This document shows positions 8,272 to 15,488 of a DNA stretch of 64,000 nucleotides, piece by piece. The notes under the pieces are model-generated. The model did no database searches, had not been told where the DNA came from, and saw only the letters and a program-made list of their open reading frames with translations. A program made the position numbers and the translations under genes. This DNA comes from an uncultured Gammaproteobacteria bacterium (GTDB taxonomy: Bacteria > Patescibacteriota > Patescibacteriia > Patescibacteriales > UBA12465): contig CAYYDR010000001.1 in the NCBI GenBank assembly GCA_964470695.1, positions 593,997-657,996 of the forward strand, written 5' to 3'. Positions within the stretch are counted from its first letter, which is position 1. Each line of letters starts with the position of its first letter.

Positions 8272-8607
8272 CTAATTTTTCCCTACTATAAACACTCTTT
8301 GGCCACAACCGCAGTAGTCAATGACATTTACTTTATCGCTACGGTTTTCATACGAACGCCAATAATAGTGATTATGGCTATTTGGGCACTGCCAGATGCC
8401 ATTAAATAGTTTAACTCTGGGCAGATTCTGAGCTTCTTTAGGTATAACGCTTTTGCGACGCTGATTCTGTACGGACCTCCGGTAGGCGTCGCAATTCTTA
8501 ACCTTTACCCCAGTCTGATTACATCTGTAATAACCGCGAGCCAAAGGTCTAAAAGTAACCTTCATCTCCGGCGTTATTGACGATGGCGCTAACAAGGTTT
8601 TTGCCAT
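8272..8607 (-). CDS. Hypothetical Cys/His-rich basic protein
   Basis: Track ORF starts at GTG 8622, which lies inside the GAGGAG Shine-Dalgarno. ATG at 8607 (MAKTLLAPSS...) sits 7 nt after it, giving 111 aa. Contains several C..C / H.H pairs. No family recognised. Confidence 0.6.
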   Translation of the reverse strand: MAKTLLAPSSITPEMKVTFRPLARGYYRCNQTGVKVKNCDAYRRSVQNQRRKSVIPKEAQNLPRVKLFNGIWQCPNSHNHYYWRSYENRSDKVNVIDYCGCGQRVFIVGKN

Positions 8608-8794
8608 TTTAGTACTCCTCACTTGTTGGATGATAGAAATTGTTAGTTGTTCTAAAAATCCCTAAAGATCCTTGGAACAGCCAACAATTCATATTTAAAG
8701 GTGCGGATAGTTTTTTTGACTTTACTATATATTAAGTATTGAGTCAAGGGTGGTAATTTAGAAATAATCAAAAAACTCTATAATACGAGACTAT

Positions 8795-8822
8795 TTGACA
8801 TAACTCTGATATTTGCTAAAAT
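8795..8822 (+). promoter_or_regulatory. Sigma-70-type promoter candidate for the tRNA-Asn gene
   Basis: TTGACA (8795-8800)-16 nt-TGcTAAAAT (8814-8822), about 50 nt upstream of the tRNA 5' end. Confidence 0.45.
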
Positions 8823-8874
8823 ATACATACAAAATGTTTTAGAACATTTTTGTTTTTTGGAGACAATTTAATAT

Positions 8875-9179
8875 TCCCGGGTAGCGCAGCGGTAGCGCAG
8901 TTGGCTGTGAACAATAAACGCAGCTTCCTCAGGCAACTGAGGTCGAATAACAAGGTGAATTGCTGGAAGCCTAAATCCGCAAGGATATGGTAATCAGCAG
9001 CCAAGCCCTGATTTTCAGGGAAGGTTCAGAGACTATCCCGAAAGGGAGTACTTCTCTACTTTAGAGCAGGAAGCGCCTTGCATCCGTTTTAACGGATGAT
9101 GATATAGTCCACCCCATTAGGAAACTATTGGATAAGTGTAACCAATTGGTCGTCGGTTCGAATCCGACCCCGGGAGCCA
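8875..9179 (+). tRNA. tRNA-Asn(GUU) interrupted in the anticodon loop by a group I intron; exons 8875-8908 and 9139-9179, CCA encoded
   Basis: Joined exons fold as a cloverleaf. Acceptor TCCCGGG/CCCGGGA, D stem GCGC/GCGC, anticodon stem GTTGG/CCAAT, loop CT-GTT-AA, T arm GTCGG-TTCGAAT-CCGAC, discriminator G then CCA. U1-A72, G73 and the CUGUUAA loop mirror E. coli tRNA-Asn. Confidence 0.85.
8909..9138 (+). ncRNA. Group I self-splicing intron (230 nt, no ORF)
   Basis: Conserved elements P AATTGCTGGAAG (8958-8969), Q AATCAGCAGCC (8992-9002), R GTTCAGAGACTAT (9024-9036), S GATGATATAGTCC (9098-9110). P1 pairs exon GGCTGT with GCAGCT (8920-8925), giving U.G at the 5' splice site. P7 is GACTA/TAGTC. 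GNRA-capped P2, P5, P8 and P9. Terminal G at 9138. Confidence 0.85.
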
Positions 9180-9180
9180 T

Positions 9181-9216
9181 TAAAAAATAGGCTAAAGTTA
9201 GTCTATTTTTTGTTAT
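9181..9216 (+). repeat. 36-nt hairpin/terminator module, copy A (terminator of the tRNA gene)
   Basis: taaaaaaTAGGCTaaagtTAGTCTAttttttgttat. 34/36 identical to 14223-14258. Hairpin plus T-run immediately after the tRNA CCA. Confidence 0.7.
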
Positions 9217-9220
9217 ATTA

Positions 9221-9249
9221 TTGACAAAGTTATAATAATATGATATAGT
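9221..9249 (+). promoter_or_regulatory. Sigma-70-type promoter candidate for ORF 9370
   Basis: TTGACA (9221-9226)-17 nt-TATAGT (9244-9249). Confidence 0.5.
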
Positions 9250-9283
9250 AATTTAATTGTTATTTAACAAAATTTGATAAAAA

Positions 9284-9335
9284 CTTATTGAATTATCTAA
9301 GTCTATTTAATTGTAGATTGAGATAATTCAATAAG
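9284..9335 (+). promoter_or_regulatory. Perfect 15-bp inverted repeat in the leader of ORF 9370 (operator or leader hairpin)
   Basis: CTTATTGAATTATCT (9284-9298) and AGATAATTCAATAAG (9321-9335) are exact reverse complements separated by 22 nt, between the promoter candidate and the start codon. Confidence 0.5.
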
Positions 9336-9369
9336 TAATAATTAAATCAAAAAATCAGAAAGGTGCGAA

Positions 9370-10083
9370 ATGAAAGTAATTATCTTAACAGTCGAAACAG
9401 CTCCTTTAGTGCTTGAAGCGCTAAGTGAAATCACAAAAAACCAGTATTTTACGGTTGAAAATGGATATTCAGAAGAAGAAGTTAACCCATTAAGCAAACC
9501 CCAGCAAATTAACTGGTCAACTGAAAGCAAGAATACTTTTAGGAACAACTCAGCCAGGAGAGGAAACGATGATAATTTTGATATCATTCTTCTCTCTAGG
9601 ACTCCATCCCATTCGGTAATAGTATTCGAAAAAGGGAGTAAGGTTTATCTATCTGAAAATCAGGTGATTTTCCAAAGACCCATGAGTGAAGTCTCTCGTC
9701 GCGGAAAATTCGGATACCAAAAAATTTCTCTTGAAACTAAGAATGCAGAGCAGAAGTTTGTCGCCTCCGTCCAGACTCTTAATGATGAAAACAAAAGAAT
9801 TTATGATGTGGGAGAAGAAAATGAATGCTCAGATTTTTTCAAAGAAGAGGCTGAAGATAAGATGGATAACATCATTGCCCAATCAAAAATAACTGGAAAT
9901 CCTCATTATAATGTATATGACGAAAAGCATTGCGCTACAAAAATATACTTCTATATTAAGGATTACAAGAGTCAAAAGGCTGCCGAAGAGGCCTGTTATG
10001 AATACAGGAACTCGCTACCTGGGTCAACGCTAAAAGAGATATGCCTAGACCACACGAATAAAGGCTTTTTCTTCTTTATGTAA
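9370..10083 (+). CDS. Hypothetical protein
   Basis: 237 aa ORF with AAAGGTG Shine-Dalgarno. No motif recognised. Confidence 0.6.
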   Translation: MKVIILTVETAPLVLEALSEITKNQYFTVENGYSEEEVNPLSKPQQINWSTESKNTFRNNSARRGNDDNFDIILLSRTPSHSVIVFEKGSKVYLSENQVIFQRPMSEVSRRGKFGYQKISLETKNAEQKFVASVQTLNDENKRIYDVGEENECSDFFKEEAEDKMDNIIAQSKITGNPHYNVYDEKHCATKIYFYIKDYKSQKAAEEACYEYRNSLPGSTLKEICLDHTNKGFFFFM

Positions 10084-10129
10084 TTCAATATTTGAACAAC
10101 ATTTTATTCACAAAACAGGGAATGTTCGT

Positions 10130-10459
10130 ATGAAAAGGTTAAATAAAGTTCTCGGAAACATAAATATATGTTTCGTGATAATTATTTCTCAGCTTATTTC
10201 AATTTTACTTCTCGGCGTGGCGATTACAATTTATTTGTTCCAGAAGCCAATACCGCAGAATGATTATCTTAAAGTTGCTGTTATTGCTTCAGTTGCATTT
10301 GTACTTGGCACAATGGTCACCTACATAGTGAAGAAGGGATTCATAAAGTCAGGTCGGAATGACTTAGATAAAGCTGCTTTAGCGTTATCTCTGCTTGGAA
10401 CGAGCAGCACATTTGCCATCTCTTTAAGCCTATATTTGTGTTATTTTGTAATTTTTTAG
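10130..10459 (+). CDS. Hypothetical small membrane protein (3 TM)
   Basis: 109 aa, three hydrophobic helices. Follows ORF 9370 in the same unit. Confidence 0.55.
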   Translation: MKRLNKVLGNINICFVIIISQLISILLLGVAITIYLFQKPIPQNDYLKVAVIASVAFVLGTMVTYIVKKGFIKSGRNDLDKAALALSLLGTSSTFAISLSLYLCYFVIF

Positions 10460-10495
10460 TAATCAATAACATAAGATAGCTATTTCAAATCTTTA

Positions 10496-10532
10496 AGGCC
10501 AGGCGTTTAGCAATAAATATCCTGGTCTTTTT
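10496..10532 (+). terminator. Possible intrinsic terminator after ORF 10130
   Basis: AGGCCAGG-17 nt loop-CCTGGTCTtttt. The long loop weakens the call. Confidence 0.4.
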
Positions 10533-10634
10533 AATATAAATTAATATTATTATATATATTGTGCGATTAATTTGAATTCCTCGCCTATCTTAACCCAATT
10601 CTGAGTTCTAAATGCGTCCACGAAAGGGAGATAC

Positions 10635-10663
10635 TTGACAAAAATAATACTGTATGGTATTAT
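10635..10663 (+). promoter_or_regulatory. Sigma-70-type promoter candidate for ORF 10705
   Basis: TTGACA-17 nt-TGgTATTAT. Confidence 0.5.
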
Positions 10664-10704
10664 TTTTTATTACATTAACAATTCAGTAAATTGGAGAACA
10701 TTAA

Positions 10705-11220
10705 TTGGAAAAGCACAGAATACTTGAAGCCCTGTCCGCGGGGTCGCTGATGTTATCCAAATATTTTTTAGCGATATCAAGCATATTCGGCTGGTGGTTA
10801 TCTATAATTGGATATACACTAGCTACTTTGCTAAATATCAAAATAAAATTAAGGATAGTATCAACAATTAGCGTCGGCCTAGCGCTATTATCTGTTTACG
10901 GCCTATACAAATGGCTTAACGATGTGCCAGGATTACAGTTTGTGGACTTTGCGATTATTGCCATTAGTATTTTGTTCGCATTAGTTCTGACAATCACTGA
11001 AGCAAAACAGCAAAAGCAATTCTGGATCGTCCAAAGCATTTGTACGATAGCCTTCAGCTCGGCCTTTATCTTACTAGGCATGAAGATGGAAATCGGCTGG
11101 TATGCCCTGCTAATTGGGCATATTAATAATACCTATTTGTACTACAAAAAGGAGGCCTTCATCATAGCCTTCATGCAAATTGTTAGTATCATAATTGTAC
11201 TAACAAAACTGTTAGGATAA
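10705..11220 (+). CDS. Polytopic membrane protein, weak PnuC-like (nicotinamide riboside transporter) resemblance
   Basis: 171 aa with TTG start, 8 nt after GGAGA. 5-6 TM helices. LLSVYGLYKW and a repeated two-half architecture recall PnuC, but this is unverified. Confidence 0.5.
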   Translation: MEKHRILEALSAGSLMLSKYFLAISSIFGWWLSIIGYTLATLLNIKIKLRIVSTISVGLALLSVYGLYKWLNDVPGLQFVDFAIIAISILFALVLTITEAKQQKQFWIVQSICTIAFSSAFILLGMKMEIGWYALLIGHINNTYLYYKKEAFIIAFMQIVSIIIVLTKLLG

Positions 11221-11247
11221 TTGAAAATTGGCAAACATTTTTTTAAA

Positions 11248-11277
11248 GGGGACTGTTTTTAAACAGTCCCTATTTTA
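11248..11277 (+). terminator. Intrinsic terminator after ORF 10705
   Basis: GGGACTGTTTttaAAACAGTCCCtatttt. Confidence 0.75.
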
Positions 11278-11298
11278 TTAGAGAAACAATAAATACGT

Positions 11299-11327
11299 TT
11301 GACAAAAATATAGCAAAATGCTATATT
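11299..11327 (+). promoter_or_regulatory. Sigma-70-type promoter candidate for ORF 11383-ridA unit
   Basis: TTGACA-17 nt-TGcTATATT. Confidence 0.5.
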
Positions 11328-11382
11328 TTTTTGTTATAGATCTTTAAAAAATTTATTAATTCACAAACAAAAAGGAAGAACA

Positions 11383-11904
11383 ATGCCACAAACAGCAACA
11401 CTTATCGTATGTCACCATAGTGACAACGCCCGCGTCCTTAAGGAAATGGAAGGATCGGGCAGCAGATATTTTCCAGCAGTTGGTGAAACTTCAAACAGAG
11501 TTGAAATTATTCCGGCAACAATGGAACTCTTGCAAAAAGAGCTAGCTGAACTAGGCCTGATAATAGAAGACCTGCCGACAATTGAAAAGGTTGCCAAAAA
11601 ATTCAGGCATGAACTCATCAGCCGACCAGGCGGAAGTTTAGCGGCGGATGGAGATACAAACTCTGGTCTATACGAAGTCATAATAGCTAATTATAGACTA
11701 CTAGACGCTAAGTTGGAAAACTTCGGCCCAACGAGTCGGCTGCTAAAGCAGACTAAAATAAGCAAGGAGGACATCGGAAAAATATTTTATTCCGATCCAG
11801 AAAAGAAAATCGGATTTATCATCAGCAACGAAGACTTTCTGAAGATGAACCCAGATGACGTTGGCGGCTGGATAAGAATTAGCGAATTAGATGTAAATCC
11901 TTAA
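11383..11904 (+). CDS. Hypothetical protein
   Basis: 173 aa with AAGGAAG Shine-Dalgarno. No motif recognised. Confidence 0.6.
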   Translation: MPQTATLIVCHHSDNARVLKEMEGSGSRYFPAVGETSNRVEIIPATMELLQKELAELGLIIEDLPTIEKVAKKFRHELISRPGGSLAADGDTNSGLYEVIIANYRLLDAKLENFGPTSRLLKQTKISKEDIGKIFYSDPEKKIGFIISNEDFLKMNPDDVGGWIRISELDVNP

Positions 11905-11980
11905 AATTCTCCGATTATGCTATAATTAACAATATCCACATAAAACACTAATTATAAACCATTAAAAAAGGTATATTACT

Positions 11981-12370
11981 ATGCCAAAAAAACAACTTCC
12001 CATCGCAGCAGACAACAGTCTTCCCTTTTCTCCAGTAGTGCAAATCGGCAACCATTTCCATTTTTCCGGAACAGTTCCCAACTTAGGCGAAGACAAAAAG
12101 CCTATCTCTGGAACGCTTGCTTTGCAGACCGAAGAGGTTCTGGCCAAGATGAAAAAGTCTCTTAGTGACTGCGGACTGTCTTTCAACGACTTGTTTCATG
12201 TCACAATCATGCTCAGCGGCTCTATGGATGGCTATAATGAAGTTAACAAAATCTACTCCGAAGCTTTAAAGGAAGTAGAAATTAAGCCAGCCAGAAAAGC
12301 TTTTGCTGTTGCAGGCCTACCCTTCGGCGCTTTGATTGAAATAGAATACGAAGCAGTTAAGCAGGACTAG
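11981..12370 (+). CDS. ridA: RidA/YjgF/L-PSP family reactive-intermediate deaminase
   Basis: 129 aa. PFSPVVQIGNHFHFSG, TEEVLAKMKKSL, PARKAFAVAGLPFGALIEIEYEA match the YjgF/RidA fold pattern. Confidence 0.8.
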   Translation: MPKKQLPIAADNSLPFSPVVQIGNHFHFSGTVPNLGEDKKPISGTLALQTEEVLAKMKKSLSDCGLSFNDLFHVTIMLSGSMDGYNEVNKIYSEALKEVEIKPARKAFAVAGLPFGALIEIEYEAVKQD

Positions 12371-12390
12371 CCATAAATACCTGTTTTCTT

Positions 12391-12422
12391 AAGGCTCAGT
12401 AGACTAATCTGAGCCTTTTTTA
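12391..12422 (+). terminator. Intrinsic terminator after ridA
   Basis: AAGGCTCAGtagactaatCTGAGCCTTtttt. Confidence 0.75.
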
Positions 12423-12503
12423 ATTAAAAAAATTAATTGTAATTTCTAATAATTAAAGGTAAAATTTCTTTAAAGACAGCTTATTTCAACTACTTATTAC
12501 TTT

Positions 12504-13742
12504 ATGTGGCTAGCTTTTAAAAAAGCCCTAGATAATGATTTCTTCCGGTTAATTAATAACTGGATTTTAGGAATTACCATATTAGCAATTTTCCTCTCCG
12601 CCTGGCTCAGACCAAACTATTTATCATTTCAATTAGAGAGCTTCCCGCCTGATTTAGTGCACTTCATTTTTTTTCTTTTTTATATTCTACTGCTCAGTTA
12701 TACCATTCTAAGCTTCACTACTATAAAAAGAACTAAATTAAGTCTTTATTTATACGGTCTGGCTATTCTATTACTTACTATTTCTCCTCCCTTATTATCC
12801 ATGGATATAGGAGGCTATATTTTAGGAGCAAAAAATATTATTTCCCCTGATAGCCGGACTTATTTAGACGCTCTGCGCGGCGCCGCTCCCTGGGCCAAAG
12901 AAATGTCTAATATCTGGTGGCTAGATTACCCAACCGTCTATGGCCCAACTTTTCAGACTATTGCTCTAACTAGTCTAATTGCTTCGCCGTTCGGGCTTTT
13001 AGCGACAATATTAATCTATAAATTAATAGGGCTGGCGGGATTTTTGTCTGTCCTTTATTTATTTTGGCTCATCGCGCGAGACCGGGGGCTTGAGGAAAGA
13101 AGACTCTGGCTATTAGCCCTTAACCCCGCCCTGCTCATCAATTGGCTTCTAGAGGGGCATAACGATATTTTTATCGCCCTCGGCCTATTAGGAACGCTTT
13201 ACTGCCTAGATAGAAAAAAACTCTGGCCCACCTGGTTATTATTTACGCTGACTATTTTTATTAAATATACCGCTCTAATCTTTTCGCCGATTTTATTTTT
13301 TAAAAACAATAAATTTAGTTTAAAAAATGCCTTAGGATTTTTACTCTTAACCGGCTTAGCTTTCCTGGCCTTCTTTAAAATAAGCGGCCTAAGCTTAAGT
13401 CTTTTTTCTCATAATCTATTTTTCTTAAACCAGTGCTTTTATCATTGTTCGCCCTTAGTCTATTTATTTCAATTCACTGGCTCCGCCCAATTCATCATTC
13501 GCCTGGCCTTGTTCGCCATTCTATACGTTCTAATTACCTGGCGTTATTTATATAAACAGACTGATTATTTAAAATTTATTTTCTGGTCCGGCCTAGCCTT
13601 ATTTTTTGTCCAAACCACCTGGCTCACGCCCTGGTATCCGACTATAATTATTCCGATTGGATTGCTCATAAAAGACAAAAAATACCTCTACTTAGTCATC
13701 TTGGTCAGCTGGTATTCTCTTTTGCATTATTTCGGCCTCTAG
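12504..13742 (+). CDS. Polytopic integral membrane protein, GT-C/DUF2029-like glycosyltransferase candidate
   Basis: 412 aa, more than 10 TM helices. LNPALLINWLLEGHNDIF loop resembles GT-C mannosyltransferase-like families. Unverified. Confidence 0.6.
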   Translation: MWLAFKKALDNDFFRLINNWILGITILAIFLSAWLRPNYLSFQLESFPPDLVHFIFFLFYILLLSYTILSFTTIKRTKLSLYLYGLAILLLTISPPLLSMDIGGYILGAKNIISPDSRTYLDALRGAAPWAKEMSNIWWLDYPTVYGPTFQTIALTSLIASPFGLLATILIYKLIGLAGFLSVLYLFWLIARDRGLEERRLWLLALNPALLINWLLEGHNDIFIALGLLGTLYCLDRKKLWPTWLLFTLTIFIKYTALIFSPILFFKNNKFSLKNALGFLLLTGLAFLAFFKISGLSLSLFSHNLFFLNQCFYHCSPLVYLFQFTGSAQFIIRLALFAILYVLITWRYLYKQTDYLKFIFWSGLALFFVQTTWLTPWYPTIIIPIGLLIKDKKYLYLVILVSWYSLLHYFGL

Positions 13743-13814
13743 AAGAAAAGAACTGACTGATGCGTATTAGTAATCAAGAGACTAAGAATCTTAATTTTTA
13801 TTTTAAAAAAATCT

Positions 13815-14192
13815 ATGGAACTGAGCAAAAAAATGGCGGGCGGCCTTAAAATTGCAGCAGCCGTCTTAATCGCGCTTCTTTTACTGGCTATTGGTATGGC
13901 CTTAGGCGCCCGCTGGAGTAATCATGGCGGATATAGCCACAAAGGCTTTACTTGCGGCCGAGATAACGGATTTGTTAGAGGAGGCGAAAGAGGCGAGAAA
14001 GGTTGTAATAAACAATTTAAAATGATGGGCTGTCAGGGCGGAGAGAATAATATTCAAAATGATTCTATTCATGCCGGTTGCCAATTTAACCCAGCGAGTA
14101 ACATTAATCAAATTAATAACCCTATTACTCCTAGCGAAACTCCTGATCTAAACGTAGTCCCAGTCCCAGTTATTCCAAACCCTGTCCAATAA
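13815..14192 (+). CDS. Hypothetical signal-anchored Gly/Cys/Asn-rich small protein
   Basis: 125 aa. N-terminal TM/signal (AAAVLIALLLLAIGMALGA), then a low-complexity region with 4 Cys and a Pro-rich tail. Confidence 0.5.
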   Translation: MELSKKMAGGLKIAAAVLIALLLLAIGMALGARWSNHGGYSHKGFTCGRDNGFVRGGERGEKGCNKQFKMMGCQGGENNIQNDSIHAGCQFNPASNINQINNPITPSETPDLNVVPVPVIPNPVQ

Positions 14193-14222
14193 TTTAGCTT
14201 AGAGCAAAGAAAATCCATAAAC

Positions 14223-14258
14223 TAAAAAATAGGCTAAAATTAGCCTATTTTTTGTTAT
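14223..14258 (+). repeat. 36-nt hairpin/terminator module, copy B
   Basis: taaaaaaTAGGCTaaaatTAGCCTAttttttgttat. 34/36 identical to 9181-9216. Acts as terminator for ORF 13815. Confidence 0.7.
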
Positions 14259-14295
14259 TTTGTTATTCTAAACTTGCTACTAATTTTAATAACTA

Positions 14296-14324
14296 TTGAC
14301 TTTTTTAAATATATATGTTATTAT
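14296..14324 (+). promoter_or_regulatory. Sigma-70-type promoter candidate for the 14381-15354 gene pair
   Basis: TTGACT-17 nt-TGtTATTAT, followed by a 9-bp leader hairpin AATTATAGG/CCTATAATT (14330-14352). Confidence 0.5.
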
Positions 14325-14380
14325 TTAATAATTATAGGAAAGCCCTATAATTGTCCTTACACAACAAAGATGGAGAGAAC

Positions 14381-14875
14381 ATGTTACAATCAATATCCAA
14401 TTTCTATGAAGACCATAAAGTAGGAATCTGGTCGAGCGTTGTTATCTTTTTTGTAGTAGCATTTATCGGCTTGATTATCTGGCGCGCTGCCTGGGTAACC
14501 TTTGTCGATAAGCATGAGTATGGTTTTGTTTTTGACAAATTATCCGGCAAAGTTTACCCTGTAGGGCACACCGGATATGTCGTAGCCAATCCATTTTTCT
14601 ACGGTGTTCATACAATAGATACACGCCCCTATCAGGTTTCCATCAGTGCGAACGAGCGTATCTTAAATGCTAAACTTGTTCGCTTTAATATTCATGGAAT
14701 TAAGACATTCGTTTCTTGGCACGGCGTATCTGCTGGTGACGAAGTTAGCAATCTGAAAGAAATATTAAAATGCTATGCTTTTGACCGCGATGAAGGTCGT
14801 GACTGCCCTTTCCTGGAAGTAGTAGGCGTTCTGGCTCCAAACCAAGGCATGCCTCTTAATCAGGAGGATAAATAA
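14381..14875 (+). CDS. Membrane-anchored protein, SPFH/Band-7-like N-terminal region; paralog A
   Basis: Track start TTG 14351. ATG 14381 follows GGAGAG. One TM helix, then YGFVFDKLSGKV..GYVVANPFFYGVHTIDTRPYQV, which resembles the first strands of SPFH domains. About 30 percent identity to the next ORF over the core. Confidence 0.6.
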   Translation: MLQSISNFYEDHKVGIWSSVVIFFVVAFIGLIIWRAAWVTFVDKHEYGFVFDKLSGKVYPVGHTGYVVANPFFYGVHTIDTRPYQVSISANERILNAKLVRFNIHGIKTFVSWHGVSAGDEVSNLKEILKCYAFDRDEGRDCPFLEVVGVLAPNQGMPLNQEDK

Positions 14876-15354
14876 TGATGTTTAGAACAGTCTGGAAATC
14901 GTTAGCCGCGCTAATGAAAAGACGCTGGTTTAAAATATCAACCTTCATTATCTGTGTCATCTTATCCTTTTACATGATGTGCCTTAACTATGCTCAACCA
15001 TCTGATTTACCAATCGCCCGTGACATATTTTCGGGAGAAATGTGGGATCAGGGGGGCGGCTGGCACTTAACAGCGCCCTGGGTACAAGTATCAATCATTG
15101 ATACTCGCCCAATGCGTGTAGAGGTTGCTTCTGCGGGGCATGGTTTTTCCGCCAAATTAATACAATTTGACAGAAAGTATTGGCAAGACTTCATCAACAC
15201 AGAAGGTTTCTATTATTACTGGTGGGCTAATCGTTTTTCCATTAACTTCGGTTATAGTGAAGAACATCGTGGCGTTAGGGATATTATGCGCGGATATGCT
15301 TACAGCGCGAAACATTACCCATTCCTTAAAATTTTAAACGAGTATCAGCAATAG
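14875..15354 (+). CDS. Membrane-anchored protein, SPFH/Band-7-like N-terminal region; paralog B
   Basis: 159 aa. Start overlaps the upstream stop (TAATG), with AGGAGG 8 nt upstream. One TM helix. GWHLTAPWVQVSIIDTRPMRV..AKLIQF aligns with paralog A. Confidence 0.6.
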   Translation: MMFRTVWKSLAALMKRRWFKISTFIICVILSFYMMCLNYAQPSDLPIARDIFSGEMWDQGGGWHLTAPWVQVSIIDTRPMRVEVASAGHGFSAKLIQFDRKYWQDFINTEGFYYYWWANRFSINFGYSEEHRGVRDIMRGYAYSAKHYPFLKILNEYQQ

Positions 15355-15366
15355 CGGTATTCGGCA

Positions 15367-15407
15367 AAGTCCGGGAAAAGAGTCCAATCTTTACTCGGAC
15401 TTTTTTC
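15367..15407 (+). terminator. Intrinsic terminator after ORF 14875
   Basis: AAGTCCG-22 nt-CGGACTTttttt. Confidence 0.5.
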
Positions 15408-15432
15408 TTTGTAAAAAATAATGTATTTGACA

Positions 15433-15467
15433 AAAAAAAGACCGTGGTCATAAACCCGGTCTTTTTC
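15433..15467. terminator. Bidirectional terminator (serves rpoD on minus strand)
   Basis: aaaaaaAGACCGtggtcataaaccCGGTCTtttt, between convergent units. Confidence 0.6.
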
Positions 15468-15488
15468 ATATAGTAAACTATAAATCTT

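Noticed and set aside
8816-9004. Track ORF (62 aa, minus strand) overlapping the tRNA-Asn 5' exon and group I intron.
   Set aside because: It lies antisense to a well-supported structured RNA gene and has no ribosome-binding site. The sequence looks like a translated RNA gene, not a protein.
8905-9141. Alternative reading of the split tRNA as tRNA-Thr(UGU), with 5' exon ending CT and 3' exon starting TGTAA.
   Set aside because: It also satisfies the U-before/G-end splice rule. However, no guide sequence near the intron 5' end pairs with exon ...TTGGCT, whereas GCAGCT pairs with GGCTGT. U1-A72 plus discriminator G73 fits Asn, not Thr.
15427-15432. TTGACA hexamer resembling the -35 elements used elsewhere.
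   Set aside because: No acceptable -10 lies at 16-18 nt (ATAAAC). The hexamer forms the A-rich flank of the bidirectional terminator between ORF 14875 and rpoD.
9181-15467. Interpretation of the plus-strand block as a classical integrative element, prophage remnant or defence island.
   Set aside because: I recognised no integrase, recombinase, transposase, phage structural gene, nuclease/ATPase defence module or duplicated tRNA 3' end. Only the repeat-bracketed accessory character is retained as a finding.
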